A DNA stretch of 54,500 nucleotides from positions 1 through 54,500 of the forward strand of contig CAZCZD010000001.1 of assembly GCA_964503305.1 (NCBI GenBank). Direction: 5' to 3'. Made by a program: the position numbers and the translations under genes. Of the stretch, positions 38,238 to 48,034 are shown piece by piece. Every line of letters begins with the position of its first letter. Position 1 is the stretch's first letter. Origin of the DNA: an uncultured Candidatus Saccharibacteria bacterium (GTDB lineage: Bacteria > Patescibacteriota > Saccharimonadia > Saccharimonadales > Saccharimonadaceae). The notes beneath the pieces were generated by a model. That model saw only the letters and a list, made by a program, of their open reading frames with translations. It did no database searches and had not been told where the DNA came from.

Positions 38238-39711
38238 CTTCCCTCCGGATCACTATATACATTATATTCTGATGGTGGGACAGAGGTACCACTAATACAG
38301 CGGATTGGCATTATGAATTGAGCAGAATATGCGATTGGGAAGCCATAAATTGTATTAAATAATCCACCAGAGCCTAAGACGCCATTAACAAATGGGTAGA
38401 ATACGGCCGTTTTTTGATCACCATACATAACTTGAGCGCCATATGAAGATGTATATATTGAGCCAAATGTGCTATATGGCTGGAGTCCATTATAAGACAG
38501 GTAGACCTTCCCTGGCATTTCAAACGGCATCGATTGACTTGGATAGAGAGCTTTAATGTAGTTGAGATTTGCAAGCGAAGGCAAGCGCCAGCCAATTGGA
38601 CAGATTGATGAGCTAAACTCCAAGATGGTATCAGTGTCCATTGCATCAAAAGCTTCTGGTGAATATGTAATTACGCCACTTGAACCAGCAGTAGCGGTAT
38701 GTAATGTATAATATGCAGTGTCGCCATCAACATAAACAGCATCATTATGAATAATAGCGCTAACAGCCTCTTCGTCTTCTTCGTTAATGCCCGTAAGATC
38801 AGGAAAATCTTCAGTATTGCTTGCTTTCACAGTAAAGTTCGACGAAACATTTGAATCTGCAGGAGTCAAAGTTTTATTTGTGAGGCGAAGATTTTGTGTC
38901 ATCCAACAGTTACCATCGCTGAGACGTTTAACACTATAGGCGTTACTATCGCGAATATCGACAAGACGAGTTGATTCGCCGACTTCGAGGTCGCTACAGG
39001 TGAAGTCTTTCATCTTTGGAATATCTGTCGTACCTGGAGCATAGAGCATAGTTTGAGTGCCGTCGCTCTTTACAACAATGTCGTCTGGACCGTTTGCGTA
39101 AGCGGTGAAGAGGACAGTATCAGAATAGACGCCGGCGATTGTGTCATCGCCAATTTTTGCACCAAAAGCGATTTGACTGGTGTTGTAGCCAGGTTCTTCT
39201 GGAGACGGAGCGTTAGTTTTTGCGATTTGGACAGGAATACCAAAGGCTGGAATTGGATAATAATCAGTATTATTTAATGAGAAGCCCCAGTTATCGTCTT
39301 CCATTGTGCTGCTGGTTTTTGTGCCAGTGAAGGTTGAGGTGAATTTGTCAGCAACGCCAGCGCTTGAGTGGACAAGGTCGGTGTTGTCATCGGTATCTTC
39401 AATTGAGACTGAGTAGCCAAGCAAAGCATTGGTCGAGACTTGGATAGTGACAGAACCAGAAGTAAAGTCACCAACTGTGCCAGCAAGGTTTAATTCTTCT
39501 TTGTCAGTAGTCAAATTCAAGTAACTTTCGAGATTAAGGCCGACTTTTGAGACTGGGCCATTAATATTTTCGCCAGTTCCAAGAGCGTGAGACTTGATTA
39601 CTGGTGAGTAAAAATAGACTGAAAAAACAGTGATAAGAAGAAAGCTTGAAAAAATGCCAAGCTTAGTTACGATACTAGTTTTTCCTCCGTTTTCTCTATT
39701 TTTTCCATCAT
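38234..39711 (-). pseudogene. FISUMP-like secreted surface protein C, frameshifted within its first ~14 codons
   Basis: The long frame extends upstream of 39520 through a paralogous signal peptide (KLGIFSSFLLITVFSVYFYSPVIKSHA) but has no start codon. The homologous ATG at 39711 is out of frame (MMEKIEKTEEKLVS*). Confidence 0.75.
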
Positions 39712-39762
39712 AATATGACCTAGATTAATCTAAGTTTAACATAAGCTAAATGAATTTGTCAA

Positions 39763-40362
39763 TTATTTTTCGTCATCAATCGAGGCTTCATTTGTCGCGA
39801 ATTTACCCTCGCGGAACGGGTTTACAAAGTTCGGAACAAAATCCTCTTTTTTGGCTTTTTCTTTGATTTTATCTTCTTCGTCGTTCACAATTAATTCGTA
39901 GTCGTTCACTTCTTTAATTTGAGAACGATTAATCGTTAATTCGGGATCAAGGAAAGATTTTATCAAAGGGCGTTTCACAATAAATTGCATGATTGTCATT
40001 GTTTCCGGATCAAAAGTATAGTCGATAACTTTTCCGAGTTTCGTTCCCTTTTTTGTTACAACATTAAGACCGTTCACGGCAAAATTTAGGTCGATGATTT
40101 TATCGAATTTCACAACTTCACCCTTCGAAACGAGGTCGTCAATCGAATCGATAATCATACCAATATTTGAAAACTCGCGAATTGAGCGGACGTCAAGAAT
40201 GTCGCCATAATCACCATTGCCGGTTTGCGGACCATTCACATTTAGGGCGACGATTTTCAGCTCGCTTGGATCAACAATTTCACTCACAACACTGCCAATT
40301 GGGCCACCGAGATGGAGACTTAAAACTGGACAGCCGATCAGTTTAGAAGAGTTCAGTAACAT
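39763..40362 (-). CDS. Tandem PRC-barrel domain protein
   Basis: LIGCPVLSL...IGSV...IVDP and GLNVVTKKGTKLGKVIDY repeats; start at ATG 40362. Confidence 0.8.
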   Translation of the reverse strand: MLLNSSKLIGCPVLSLHLGGPIGSVVSEIVDPSELKIVALNVNGPQTGNGDYGDILDVRSIREFSNIGMIIDSIDDLVSKGEVVKFDKIIDLNFAVNGLNVVTKKGTKLGKVIDYTFDPETMTIMQFIVKRPLIKSFLDPELTINRSQIKEVNDYELIVNDEEDKIKEKAKKEDFVPNFVNPFREGKFATNEASIDDEK

Positions 40363-40381
40363 GTTATAATTAGTATAACAC

Positions 40382-41299
40382 ATGAGCATGAACTTGAAGA
40401 TGGTTTTGGCGGTTTCTGGTGGGGTGGACTCGATGGTCCTCCTCGATATTTTTATGAAAAAATATGGAACTCAAAATCTCGTAGTGGCACATTTTAACCA
40501 CAAACTTCGACCAAGTGCAGATGATGATGAAAAATTCGTTGCAGGATATTGCAAGAAAAATAATATTCGATTTGAAGTTGGGCATCTTGACGTTGAGCCT
40601 GGTGAAAAAGTTTCGGAAGAAAAGGCAAGAAACGCAAGATATAATTTTATTTATTCGGTTGCAAGAAAAATTAGCAAAGAGTTTAATGGCCCGGCATGGG
40701 TTTATACTGCGCACCATCTAGATGATTTAACGGAAACCGTCGCAATTAATCTCATGCGTGGGACGGGATGGCGTGGACTTACACCATTCACCTATGCCGT
40801 ACGTCCATTCCTTATGAGCGATGACATTTTGATGCCGGAGAGCAAAGCGGATATTTTGACTTATGCGGCGCGAAATAATATTCATTATCGTCAAGACCCG
40901 ACAAATTTCGAGCCGGATTTTTTGCGTAATCGAATTCGAGAAAAATTCTCGACGATGGACCCGCAAGAACGATATGAATTGAACCAAAAAATTAAAAAAC
41001 TTTACAAAAGACAACTTGAAATTGAAAATGAAATTAGACAGATTATTTGTCATTTTCTCGCCGAGGAAGAAGAAAAATATTCAGAAGAACACATTATAAG
41101 GCGCGAATGGTTTTATGATTTGGAAGACGATGTTGCAATGGAACTACTTCACGAAATTCTTCGAATTGAAAAAATTTCGCTGACGCGACCACAAATGAAA
41201 GATTTTCTTCATGCGATTCGAACTTATCAGCCGGAGAAAAAATTCAACCTTCCGGGCGACAGACTCGTCACAATTCATAAAAATTATTTAAAGATTTAA
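40382..41299 (+). CDS. tilS: tRNA(Ile)-lysidine synthetase
   Basis: AVSGGVDS, HFNHKLR, ARNARY, TAHHLDD and DPTN...RNRIR motifs. Confidence 0.94.
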   Translation: MSMNLKMVLAVSGGVDSMVLLDIFMKKYGTQNLVVAHFNHKLRPSADDDEKFVAGYCKKNNIRFEVGHLDVEPGEKVSEEKARNARYNFIYSVARKISKEFNGPAWVYTAHHLDDLTETVAINLMRGTGWRGLTPFTYAVRPFLMSDDILMPESKADILTYAARNNIHYRQDPTNFEPDFLRNRIREKFSTMDPQERYELNQKIKKLYKRQLEIENEIRQIICHFLAEEEEKYSEEHIIRREWFYDLEDDVAMELLHEILRIEKISLTRPQMKDFLHAIRTYQPEKKFNLPGDRLVTIHKNYLKI

Positions 41300-41324
41300 A
41301 ATAGCCCTCGCGGGGCTATTTTTT
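41298..41324. terminator. Bidirectional intrinsic terminator
   Basis: AAAATAGCCC-TCGCG-GGGCTATTTT. Confidence 0.75.
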
Positions 41325-41847
41325 ATTCGACTTTGGTGATTTCGCCATTTTTCAAATGAAGCAGGCGTTGGTTTCTTGAACCTCGAAACTTCAAAGTTAA
41401 ATCGCGTTCAGCGAGGACAAATGGTCCGTCGATGAGGGCGTCGAGTTCTTTCAAAAATTCCCACTGGGCGCCACCTTTCTCTTTAATCATTTCGTAGGTG
41501 AAGCCGGAGAAGCTCCAAACGTTCCAACCGAGTTCTTTTTTCACAAATCTAGCAATTTCGAGACAAGCTTCAGGTTGGATGAATGGTTCGCCACCACAGA
41601 AGGTCAAGCCAGTTTGGCCTTTCAGGCTGCGGAGCTCCTCCTTCACATCTTCAACGTCGACAAGCACACCAGCTTCCGGATCCCAAGTTTCTGGGTTTTG
41701 ACAACCTTTACAGTGGTTAAAACAACCCTGCGTCCAGATAACAGCGCGAAGACCATAGCCATTCACGATGTTATCGGATTCGGTTGGTCCGGAAAGGCGG
41801 ATGTGCGCCTTGTCCGAACCCTTAACTGGTGATTTCCATTCAGTCAT
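41323..41847 (-). CDS. nrdG: Anaerobic ribonucleotide reductase activating protein
   Basis: CFNHCKGC radical-SAM motif; GGEPF, IDGPF and FRGSRNQR. Confidence 0.94.
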   Translation of the reverse strand: MTEWKSPVKGSDKAHIRLSGPTESDNIVNGYGLRAVIWTQGCFNHCKGCQNPETWDPEAGVLVDVEDVKEELRSLKGQTGLTFCGGEPFIQPEACLEIARFVKKELGWNVWSFSGFTYEMIKEKGGAQWEFLKELDALIDGPFVLAERDLTLKFRGSRNQRLLHLKNGEITKVE

Positions 41848-44204
41848 TATTCTTTTCCTAATGCTTTCTTTGCAGTTTTCTTTGCTTTTTCACGAGCGGA
41901 CTTTTGTTCTTTATTATATACACCGTTTTTGTCATTAAGGCAAACTGTGTGTTTTACGCGAGCCGCTTCCTCAGCTTTTTTACCGTCGTTCCAGCGTTCA
42001 AGTGAGCCGACGAGATAACCGGTGATGCGGCGGAGACGTTCAAAGAGAACATCGTCTTCTTTGCGACCACAGCTTGGACAGCGATCGCCTTTGATGATTC
42101 CAGAAAATCCACAGACTGGGTCGCGGTCGACTGGGTGGTTAACAGAACCATAACCAATTCCCTTGTCGTGCATGTGACGAATCACAGCTTCGAAGGCTTC
42201 AATGTTGTCGCTTGGATCGCCATCAAGTTCGATATAGGAAATGTGGCCAGCATTACAAAGGTTGTGATATGGAGCTTCGATATCGATTTTCTCGAAGGCT
42301 GAGATTGGGTAGTATACAGGGACGTGGAAGGAGTTTGTGTAGAAGTCTCTATCCGTGACGCCCTTGATTTTACCATATTCTTTGCGGTCCATCTTGGTGA
42401 AGCGGCCAGAAAGACCTTCAGCTGGAGTTGCGAGAAGGGTGAAGTTCAAGTGCCATTTCTTTGCGAATTCATCACATTTTTCACGCATATGAGTGATAAT
42501 ATCGAGACCAAGTTCACGAGCTTCTTCGTCTTCACCGTGGTGTTTGCCGGTCATAGCAACGAGAGTTTCGGCGAGGCCGATGAAGCCAATTGAAAGCGAA
42601 CCGTGTTTGATAACGTCGCGAAGAGTGTCGTTCCAGCCGAGTTTTTCAGAACCGAACCAGTTGCCTTGGCCCATGAGGAATGGGAAATTGCGGACGTGTT
42701 GGTTAGCTTGGAATTCGAAGCGTTCGAGAAGTTGGTCACGGACGAGTTCCATTTTTTCGTCGAGCTCTTTGTAGAAGCCAGACCAGTCTGCTTCCTTGCG
42801 TTCTTTAAGGCAGATACCGTGTTTGATACCGATACGGACTAGGTTAATGGTTGTGAATGAACAGTTACCACGACCAGTGACAATGCCATCAGATTCTGGG
42901 AAGACTGATGCGAAGACGCGAGTGCGGCAGCCCATGGTTGCGATTTCAGTACGATAGTCACCCTTCTTATAATATTTAAGGTTGAATGGAGCATCGATGA
43001 AACAGAAGTTCGGGAAGAGACGCTTTGCGGAAACTTCCATCGAGCGTTTGAAGAGGTCGTAGTTTGGATCTCCTGGGTTGTAGTTTACACCCTCTTTAAC
43101 CTTGAAGATGGAGATTGGGAAGATTGGAGTTTCACCTTTACCAAGACCGTTCATAGTTGCTTCGAGGAGATATTTCGAAACGAGGCGACCAGATTCAGAA
43201 GTGTCGGTACCGAAGTTAATTGAAGTGAATGGAACCTGAGCGCCAGCACGTGAGTGCATAGTGTTCAAGTTGTGAATGAAGCCTTCCATAGCTTGGAAAG
43301 TTTGTTTTTCAGTGTCTTCGCTTGAAGCTTTAATGACGGTCTCAGGAACTTTCAATTTCTTCAATTTGTCGTCATCACCATATTTAATATCTTCAGGAAT
43401 AGTAATAGTGATATCTTTGCCGGTGAATTCGTTGTATTTTTCAAGATTGCGTTTCAAAGATTTTTTGAAGGTCTTGTCGACGCCTGGTGCCATTGCATAA
43501 TCAAAGTTTGGAATCGATTGACCACCGTGTTGCTCGTTCTGGTTTGCCTGGAGGATAATTGCAGCAAGAGCGGCATAAGAACCGATTGAGTTTGGAGTGC
43601 GGAGGTGGCCATGACCGGTGTTAAAACCGCCGTTTGCGAAAAGTTTTAATGGATCGGTTTGGCAGCAGGTAAGGGTACCAGTTGCATAGAAATCGAGGTC
43701 GTGGATATGGATGTCGCCGTTGTCATGAGCAGCGGAGAAGCGTGGATCCATGAGGACCGCCTTTGCGAATTCCTTTGAACCTTCAGCGCCGAATTGGAGC
43801 ATTTTACCCATTGCGGAGTTGCCATCGACGTTTGCATTCGAACGTTTAATATCAGAATCTTCAGATGCATCAGCGAGTGCGATCTTGCGGTAGCCGTCCA
43901 TGAGGTTTGATTTTGCCTCACGAGTACGATTGCGTTCTTGGCGATAGGTAATGTAAGCTTTTGCAGTGCGCTTGAAGCTTGACTCCATCAAGATTTGCTC
44001 GACGATGTCTTGGATTTGTTCGACTTTTGGAGTGCGAAGAGTAATGGTTTCTTCAGCACGTTTTACAGCTTTTTCAGCAAGTTGCTTTGCGCGATCATAT
44101 TTAAATTCCTCTGTTGCAGCACCGGCAGCAGCGATCGCATCAACGATTTTTTCAGGGTTGAAGTTAACGATTTTTCCGTCACGCTTCTGGATTTTTTTGA
44201 ACAT
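41847..44204 (-). CDS. nrdD: Anaerobic (class III) ribonucleoside-triphosphate reductase with ATP cone
   Basis: IQKRDG ATP cone, IHIHDLD, TCC, MGCR, TPAEG, YTNS and RRITGYL glycyl-radical motif; start at ATG 44204 after SD GGAGG. Confidence 0.96.
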   Translation of the reverse strand: MFKKIQKRDGKIVNFNPEKIVDAIAAAGAATEEFKYDRAKQLAEKAVKRAEETITLRTPKVEQIQDIVEQILMESSFKRTAKAYITYRQERNRTREAKSNLMDGYRKIALADASEDSDIKRSNANVDGNSAMGKMLQFGAEGSKEFAKAVLMDPRFSAAHDNGDIHIHDLDFYATGTLTCCQTDPLKLFANGGFNTGHGHLRTPNSIGSYAALAAIILQANQNEQHGGQSIPNFDYAMAPGVDKTFKKSLKRNLEKYNEFTGKDITITIPEDIKYGDDDKLKKLKVPETVIKASSEDTEKQTFQAMEGFIHNLNTMHSRAGAQVPFTSINFGTDTSESGRLVSKYLLEATMNGLGKGETPIFPISIFKVKEGVNYNPGDPNYDLFKRSMEVSAKRLFPNFCFIDAPFNLKYYKKGDYRTEIATMGCRTRVFASVFPESDGIVTGRGNCSFTTINLVRIGIKHGICLKERKEADWSGFYKELDEKMELVRDQLLERFEFQANQHVRNFPFLMGQGNWFGSEKLGWNDTLRDVIKHGSLSIGFIGLAETLVAMTGKHHGEDEEARELGLDIITHMREKCDEFAKKWHLNFTLLATPAEGLSGRFTKMDRKEYGKIKGVTDRDFYTNSFHVPVYYPISAFEKIDIEAPYHNLCNAGHISYIELDGDPSDNIEAFEAVIRHMHDKGIGYGSVNHPVDRDPVCGFSGIIKGDRCPSCGRKEDDVLFERLRRITGYLVGSLERWNDGKKAEEAARVKHTVCLNDKNGVYNKEQKSAREKAKKTAKKALGKE

Positions 44205-44276
44205 AAAAATTATACCTCCTGTTTTGTTCAAAACCTCTATTTTTTAATAATTTTTTGCTTTTTTCTGAAGTTTCTG

Positions 44277-44324
44277 ACGCTATATTTAGTGTCTGAGTTT
44301 ATTTTATGACACTAAATGTGGGGT
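44277..44324. promoter_or_regulatory. Tandem NrdR boxes
   Basis: ACGCTATATTTAGTGT (44277-44292) and ACACTAAATGTGGGGT (44309-44324), 32 bp apart, upstream of nrdD. Confidence 0.85.
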
Positions 44325-44390
44325 GTCAATAAGAAAATGCTTATTTTTTGTTGTAATATTTACCACACTTATAGTATAATGACTCAGTAT

Positions 44391-44594
44391 ATGGGAAAAG
44401 CCATGAAAAATCTAAGGGCGTTCGAGCCGAAAAAGTGCTGGGTTGGAGAAACTCAGAAGATTTGTTATGCTTCACGCGAAGAGGCAGAAGTGGCTGCAAA
44501 GGTCGCGCAGTTTGATCATGGCGCACCCGAACTTTCAGTTTATAAGTGCGAATATGGCGACCATTGGCATTTATCTTCAAGAAGCCAGAATTAG
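44391..44594 (+). CDS. Small hypothetical protein with a possible Cys/His metal site
   Basis: KKC...KICYASREEA...YKCEYGDHWHLS; TATAAT 10 nt upstream of ATG 44391. Confidence 0.7.
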   Translation: MGKAMKNLRAFEPKKCWVGETQKICYASREEAEVAAKVAQFDHGAPELSVYKCEYGDHWHLSSRSQN

Positions 44595-46204
44595 AGCACC
44601 CCAGCGTCTGGGGCTTTTATTTTTCCTGGATGGAAGTTGAACGATTTTATATTTACTTTCTTTCCGGATTCATCATAGCCAATGAACGAGACGATGTTTT
44701 TACGTGAGGAGTCTAGACTAGTGATGGTGATAGATTTTTTATCAGAGAGGCCATAGACTGCGTCATTAATTACGACGAGAGTATATTTTGAGTCTAGGTT
44801 GATTTCGAAAGTTTTCGAGAAGAATTTTTTCGAACGATTTTTATTGAGGGAGATTTTCGAATAGTTATCACCGATTGAAGTACCGCCGGTTTCTTCAATA
44901 ATCTCTTCATATTGGCGTTCGAATCCATCAGTACTGATGACGGAGATTTTTACATTTTCTCTTTTCGCAAGTGAAATCACATCCAGTCGGCTCGTACCGT
45001 CGACACTAATATTATTATCATAGATAAAATTCGAAAGCAGGAAGATATGTTTTTCGCTGCCATCACTCCAAGCGGCAGTTTTTATCACTTCTTTAATGGA
45101 TTTGTAGTTATTGTTATGGCTACCAAAAATGTATCCGACAAACAAACGATTTTCATAATTATAACGGTCGATTTTTTCGGAGAGATTGTCGTTCGTGAAA
45201 TCTATTTTCTTTTCCAGACTTTTCGCGGGGATTTGCAAAGAATAGGAATTATAGACAGCGATGCGAGTGCCATGATTTGCGAGCTCGACGAGGCGAGATT
45301 TTAGTTTGTCGTTAATGGATTTACCTTTGTTTTGAAATTCATAACTCGACATTTCAGAGAAGTCATAGATAACGACGATATCACGTTTTTTTGAATCAGA
45401 ATAACGAGCATCCGTCGGTTTTAACTCGGTGGATTTATTGGTGATTTTTTCGAGAATTAGCTCGGCAAATTTTTCGTAGCCGTCTTTTAAGTTATACGAC
45501 ACGTGAGCTTTCATCGGATTTAGGATATTTAAACTCGAACCACAGATAATATCATTTTGATTACACCAAACACCGAGTTTGTTATAAAAACTGGCAGGTT
45601 GATAAGGCTTCTGGCCATCCAAGATTCCTTCCTCGACATTGCAATCTGGTACAAAGATGCGATAGCTCGAGAGAGTAAGCTTCTTGCAAGCACGTTTCCC
45701 CTCCGGGAGATAGAGTTTCGGATCACCAAAGTTGGCAACGTAGAATATTTTTTCGGAATTTAAAAGATTCAGAGATTTGTCGATTACAACGGCACCTTGA
45801 GAATAGCCAGAAAGAATAAATTTCTTGTTTTTGCAACGTTTTGATTCTTCTTTTACGCGTTCGATCAACTCACTCGTTCCCTTCTCGACGGATTCACCGA
45901 ATTTATAAGACTCACCGGCGGAAACAATGGCGCCGAGAGAGACCATGAAATTTGCCGAAATGGCGGGGTAGCCATTCGTCTTTTCGCCAAGTTCATAAAA
46001 TGAAATTTTCTCGTCTTTTAGTTTTTCTTCGATAGCTGATTTATAACTTTTATAGTCCGAGTCATTCAAAGTTTGTCCGGAACCACGAGCAAAAATAAAT
46101 TCAAAATCTGAACAATCAGAATTATCAAGCGAGTTCGCTTTTATATCAAAAGTTGCCGAAAGAAGTATCAAAATTAAGAGAAGTGCCAATTTCAGAGACT
46201 TCAT
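44591..46204 (-). CDS. Secreted cutinase-family esterase with a C-terminal vWA-like region
   Basis: Signal peptide; IFARGS, GYSQG nucleophile elbow, FGDP, CNQNDIIC and AHVSY motifs. Confidence 0.82.
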   Translation of the reverse strand: MKSLKLALLLILILLSATFDIKANSLDNSDCSDFEFIFARGSGQTLNDSDYKSYKSAIEEKLKDEKISFYELGEKTNGYPAISANFMVSLGAIVSAGESYKFGESVEKGTSELIERVKEESKRCKNKKFILSGYSQGAVVIDKSLNLLNSEKIFYVANFGDPKLYLPEGKRACKKLTLSSYRIFVPDCNVEEGILDGQKPYQPASFYNKLGVWCNQNDIICGSSLNILNPMKAHVSYNLKDGYEKFAELILEKITNKSTELKPTDARYSDSKKRDIVVIYDFSEMSSYEFQNKGKSINDKLKSRLVELANHGTRIAVYNSYSLQIPAKSLEKKIDFTNDNLSEKIDRYNYENRLFVGYIFGSHNNNYKSIKEVIKTAAWSDGSEKHIFLLSNFIYDNNISVDGTSRLDVISLAKRENVKISVISTDGFERQYEEIIEETGGTSIGDNYSKISLNKNRSKKFFSKTFEINLDSKYTLVVINDAVYGLSDKKSITITSLDSSRKNIVSFIGYDESGKKVNIKSFNFHPGKIKAPDAGVL

Positions 46205-46346
46205 AAAAAACCTTTCAAAATTAGTTAATTAGAAATCTAAAAACGGGTTAAACTCATTTTATTCTATTTTAATTCTGCGTGCTAGCATAAGCATTTTCTT
46301 TATTTTTCTTCACATGATAAAATAGAGGAAAATAAGAGACGTAAAA

Positions 46347-46892
46347 ATGAGCAAAAAACTTTCTTGGGATGAATATTTTATGGAAATTGCGGAGACGGTT
46401 GCGAAGAAGTCGAAGGATCCGAGTTCGCAAAACGGCTGCGTGATTGTTGACGAGAGAAAAAGACCAGTTTCTTTCGGATATAATGGTACCATTCAAGGTG
46501 CAGACGAGTCAAAGATGACACTTTCTGAGCGTCCGATGAAATATTATTTCGCAATTCATTCAGAGATGAACGCTTTGATTTTTGCGGGACGCGACCTTAA
46601 CGGATGTACGCTTTATAACATGATTGCAACTTGCGAAAACTGTCTTAAGCACTGTCTTCAAGCTGGCATCAAACGCTTTGTTTACAAGGAACTTCGTGTT
46701 CACTCACACTCGACCGACAATAAAAAATCGATGACCAACATCGACACTGATGAGGCAATCATCCGTTTGCTCGCAGCTTGCCCAGATGTTGAAACCTTAA
46801 ATATCACGAATGGAAAAACTTACACCCAAGATATTTTGGATTCATACGACAAAGACTCTGAAGAATACAAACGTTTAATTAAGTGGATTTAG
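46347..46892 (+). CDS. dCMP deaminase family protein
   Basis: SWDEYFM, SKDP, GYNG, HSE and CENC motifs. Confidence 0.9.
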   Translation: MSKKLSWDEYFMEIAETVAKKSKDPSSQNGCVIVDERKRPVSFGYNGTIQGADESKMTLSERPMKYYFAIHSEMNALIFAGRDLNGCTLYNMIATCENCLKHCLQAGIKRFVYKELRVHSHSTDNKKSMTNIDTDEAIIRLLAACPDVETLNITNGKTYTQDILDSYDKDSEEYKRLIKWI

Positions 46893-47620
46893 AGATTTTT
46901 CTCAATCGTTTCCGCTAAGACAACCGGGCATTCATAATTAATTAGGTGCCCGGATTTTTTGAGGAAGATTGGGGTGGAACCGAATTTTTTCGCGACGGCT
47001 TTAATCTGTTTCTGGGAATTTAATTTGTCACTTTCGCCGGCGATAAAGACACATTTTTTATCAAAATTAAAATCAGAAATTGCGTAGCTGATGCTGAATT
47101 TTGCGGCGCGGCCAGAATCTTTTTTAGAGGTGAATTTTTCAGCACATTTTTTCGTAACTTTAAGGACATCTTTAAACGTTTGCTTGTCTTTCGGGACGAT
47201 TAAATATTTCGTTGTAATATATGAAATAAGATTCGTAGGGAGAATCGCCGAAAGTGGTGCGAGATTACAGATGAATTTTGGTGGCGTTACACAAATTGGC
47301 GAGAGGAAGAAAATTTTCTCATTAATCAGCTCAGGATATTTTTCGGCCGTAGCGGCACAAATAATAGAACCCATCGAGTGGCCAATTAAAATCGGGTGGT
47401 CGAGTTTTTTCTCAAGAATATAATCGGCAACCCATTTTGCGTAGCCGTCGGCGGTATGTTCAGAGAGTTCTGGAAGCTTCTCTTTTTGGGTATTAAAAGC
47501 AGGTGGAACATCCGGGACATAGCAAGTATATCCCTTTGCCTTAAGGTAAGCGACGGTTTCTTTTAAGCCGAGATGATTGCCACGAAAGCCATGGATAAGA
47601 ACGAGGGGAGGTTTTTTCAT
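46889..47620 (-). CDS. Alpha/beta hydrolase
   Basis: LIHGF, GHSMG, GESD and SGH motifs. Confidence 0.88.
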   Translation of the reverse strand: MKKPPLVLIHGFRGNHLGLKETVAYLKAKGYTCYVPDVPPAFNTQKEKLPELSEHTADGYAKWVADYILEKKLDHPILIGHSMGSIICAATAEKYPELINEKIFFLSPICVTPPKFICNLAPLSAILPTNLISYITTKYLIVPKDKQTFKDVLKVTKKCAEKFTSKKDSGRAAKFSISYAISDFNFDKKCVFIAGESDKLNSQKQIKAVAKKFGSTPIFLKKSGHLINYECPVVLAETIEKNL

Positions 47621-47621
47621 T

Positions 47622-47843
47622 TTATTCTGCGATTAGTTTTAGAGCTTTTTTGATTGCCGGACGATCGAAGCCAAGAATCTCGGCGACTGAGCCGTCTTTT
47701 AAGTCGATGCGAGTTACAGGAACGCCGTGGATTGTCGGATCCTCGCTTGCGTCGTGTTCTTCATATTTAATTCCCTGTTCATCAAACCACTCCATCAAAG
47801 CGTGGCAATAAACACAGGTATCAGATGAATAAACTTTTATCAT
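47622..47843 (-). CDS. Glutaredoxin-like (NrdH-like) protein
   Basis: CVYC, GVPV and GFD motifs. Confidence 0.88.
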   Translation of the reverse strand: MIKVYSSDTCVYCHALMEWFDEQGIKYEEHDASEDPTIHGVPVTRIDLKDGSVAEILGFDRPAIKKALKLIAE

Positions 47844-48034
47844 ACCTCTATTATATCATGCGAAAATTCTTATGCTTGCAAGAAAATTTTGGCTTTGATA
47901 TTTTTTATTTAAGGTATCTGCCTAAAGTTCTTAAACCAACGCGCTCGACTCAAACGAGCCGTAACCGAATCAGAGCCAACTTCTTCATTTTTGGGGTGAA
48001 GAATGATACAATATACTAAACATAGGAGGTAAAA

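Noticed and set aside
33521-39711. Diversity-generating retroelement acting on FISUMP C-termini
   Set aside because: No reverse transcriptase gene and no near-identical template repeat differing at adenines was seen in the window. A remote DGR cannot be excluded.
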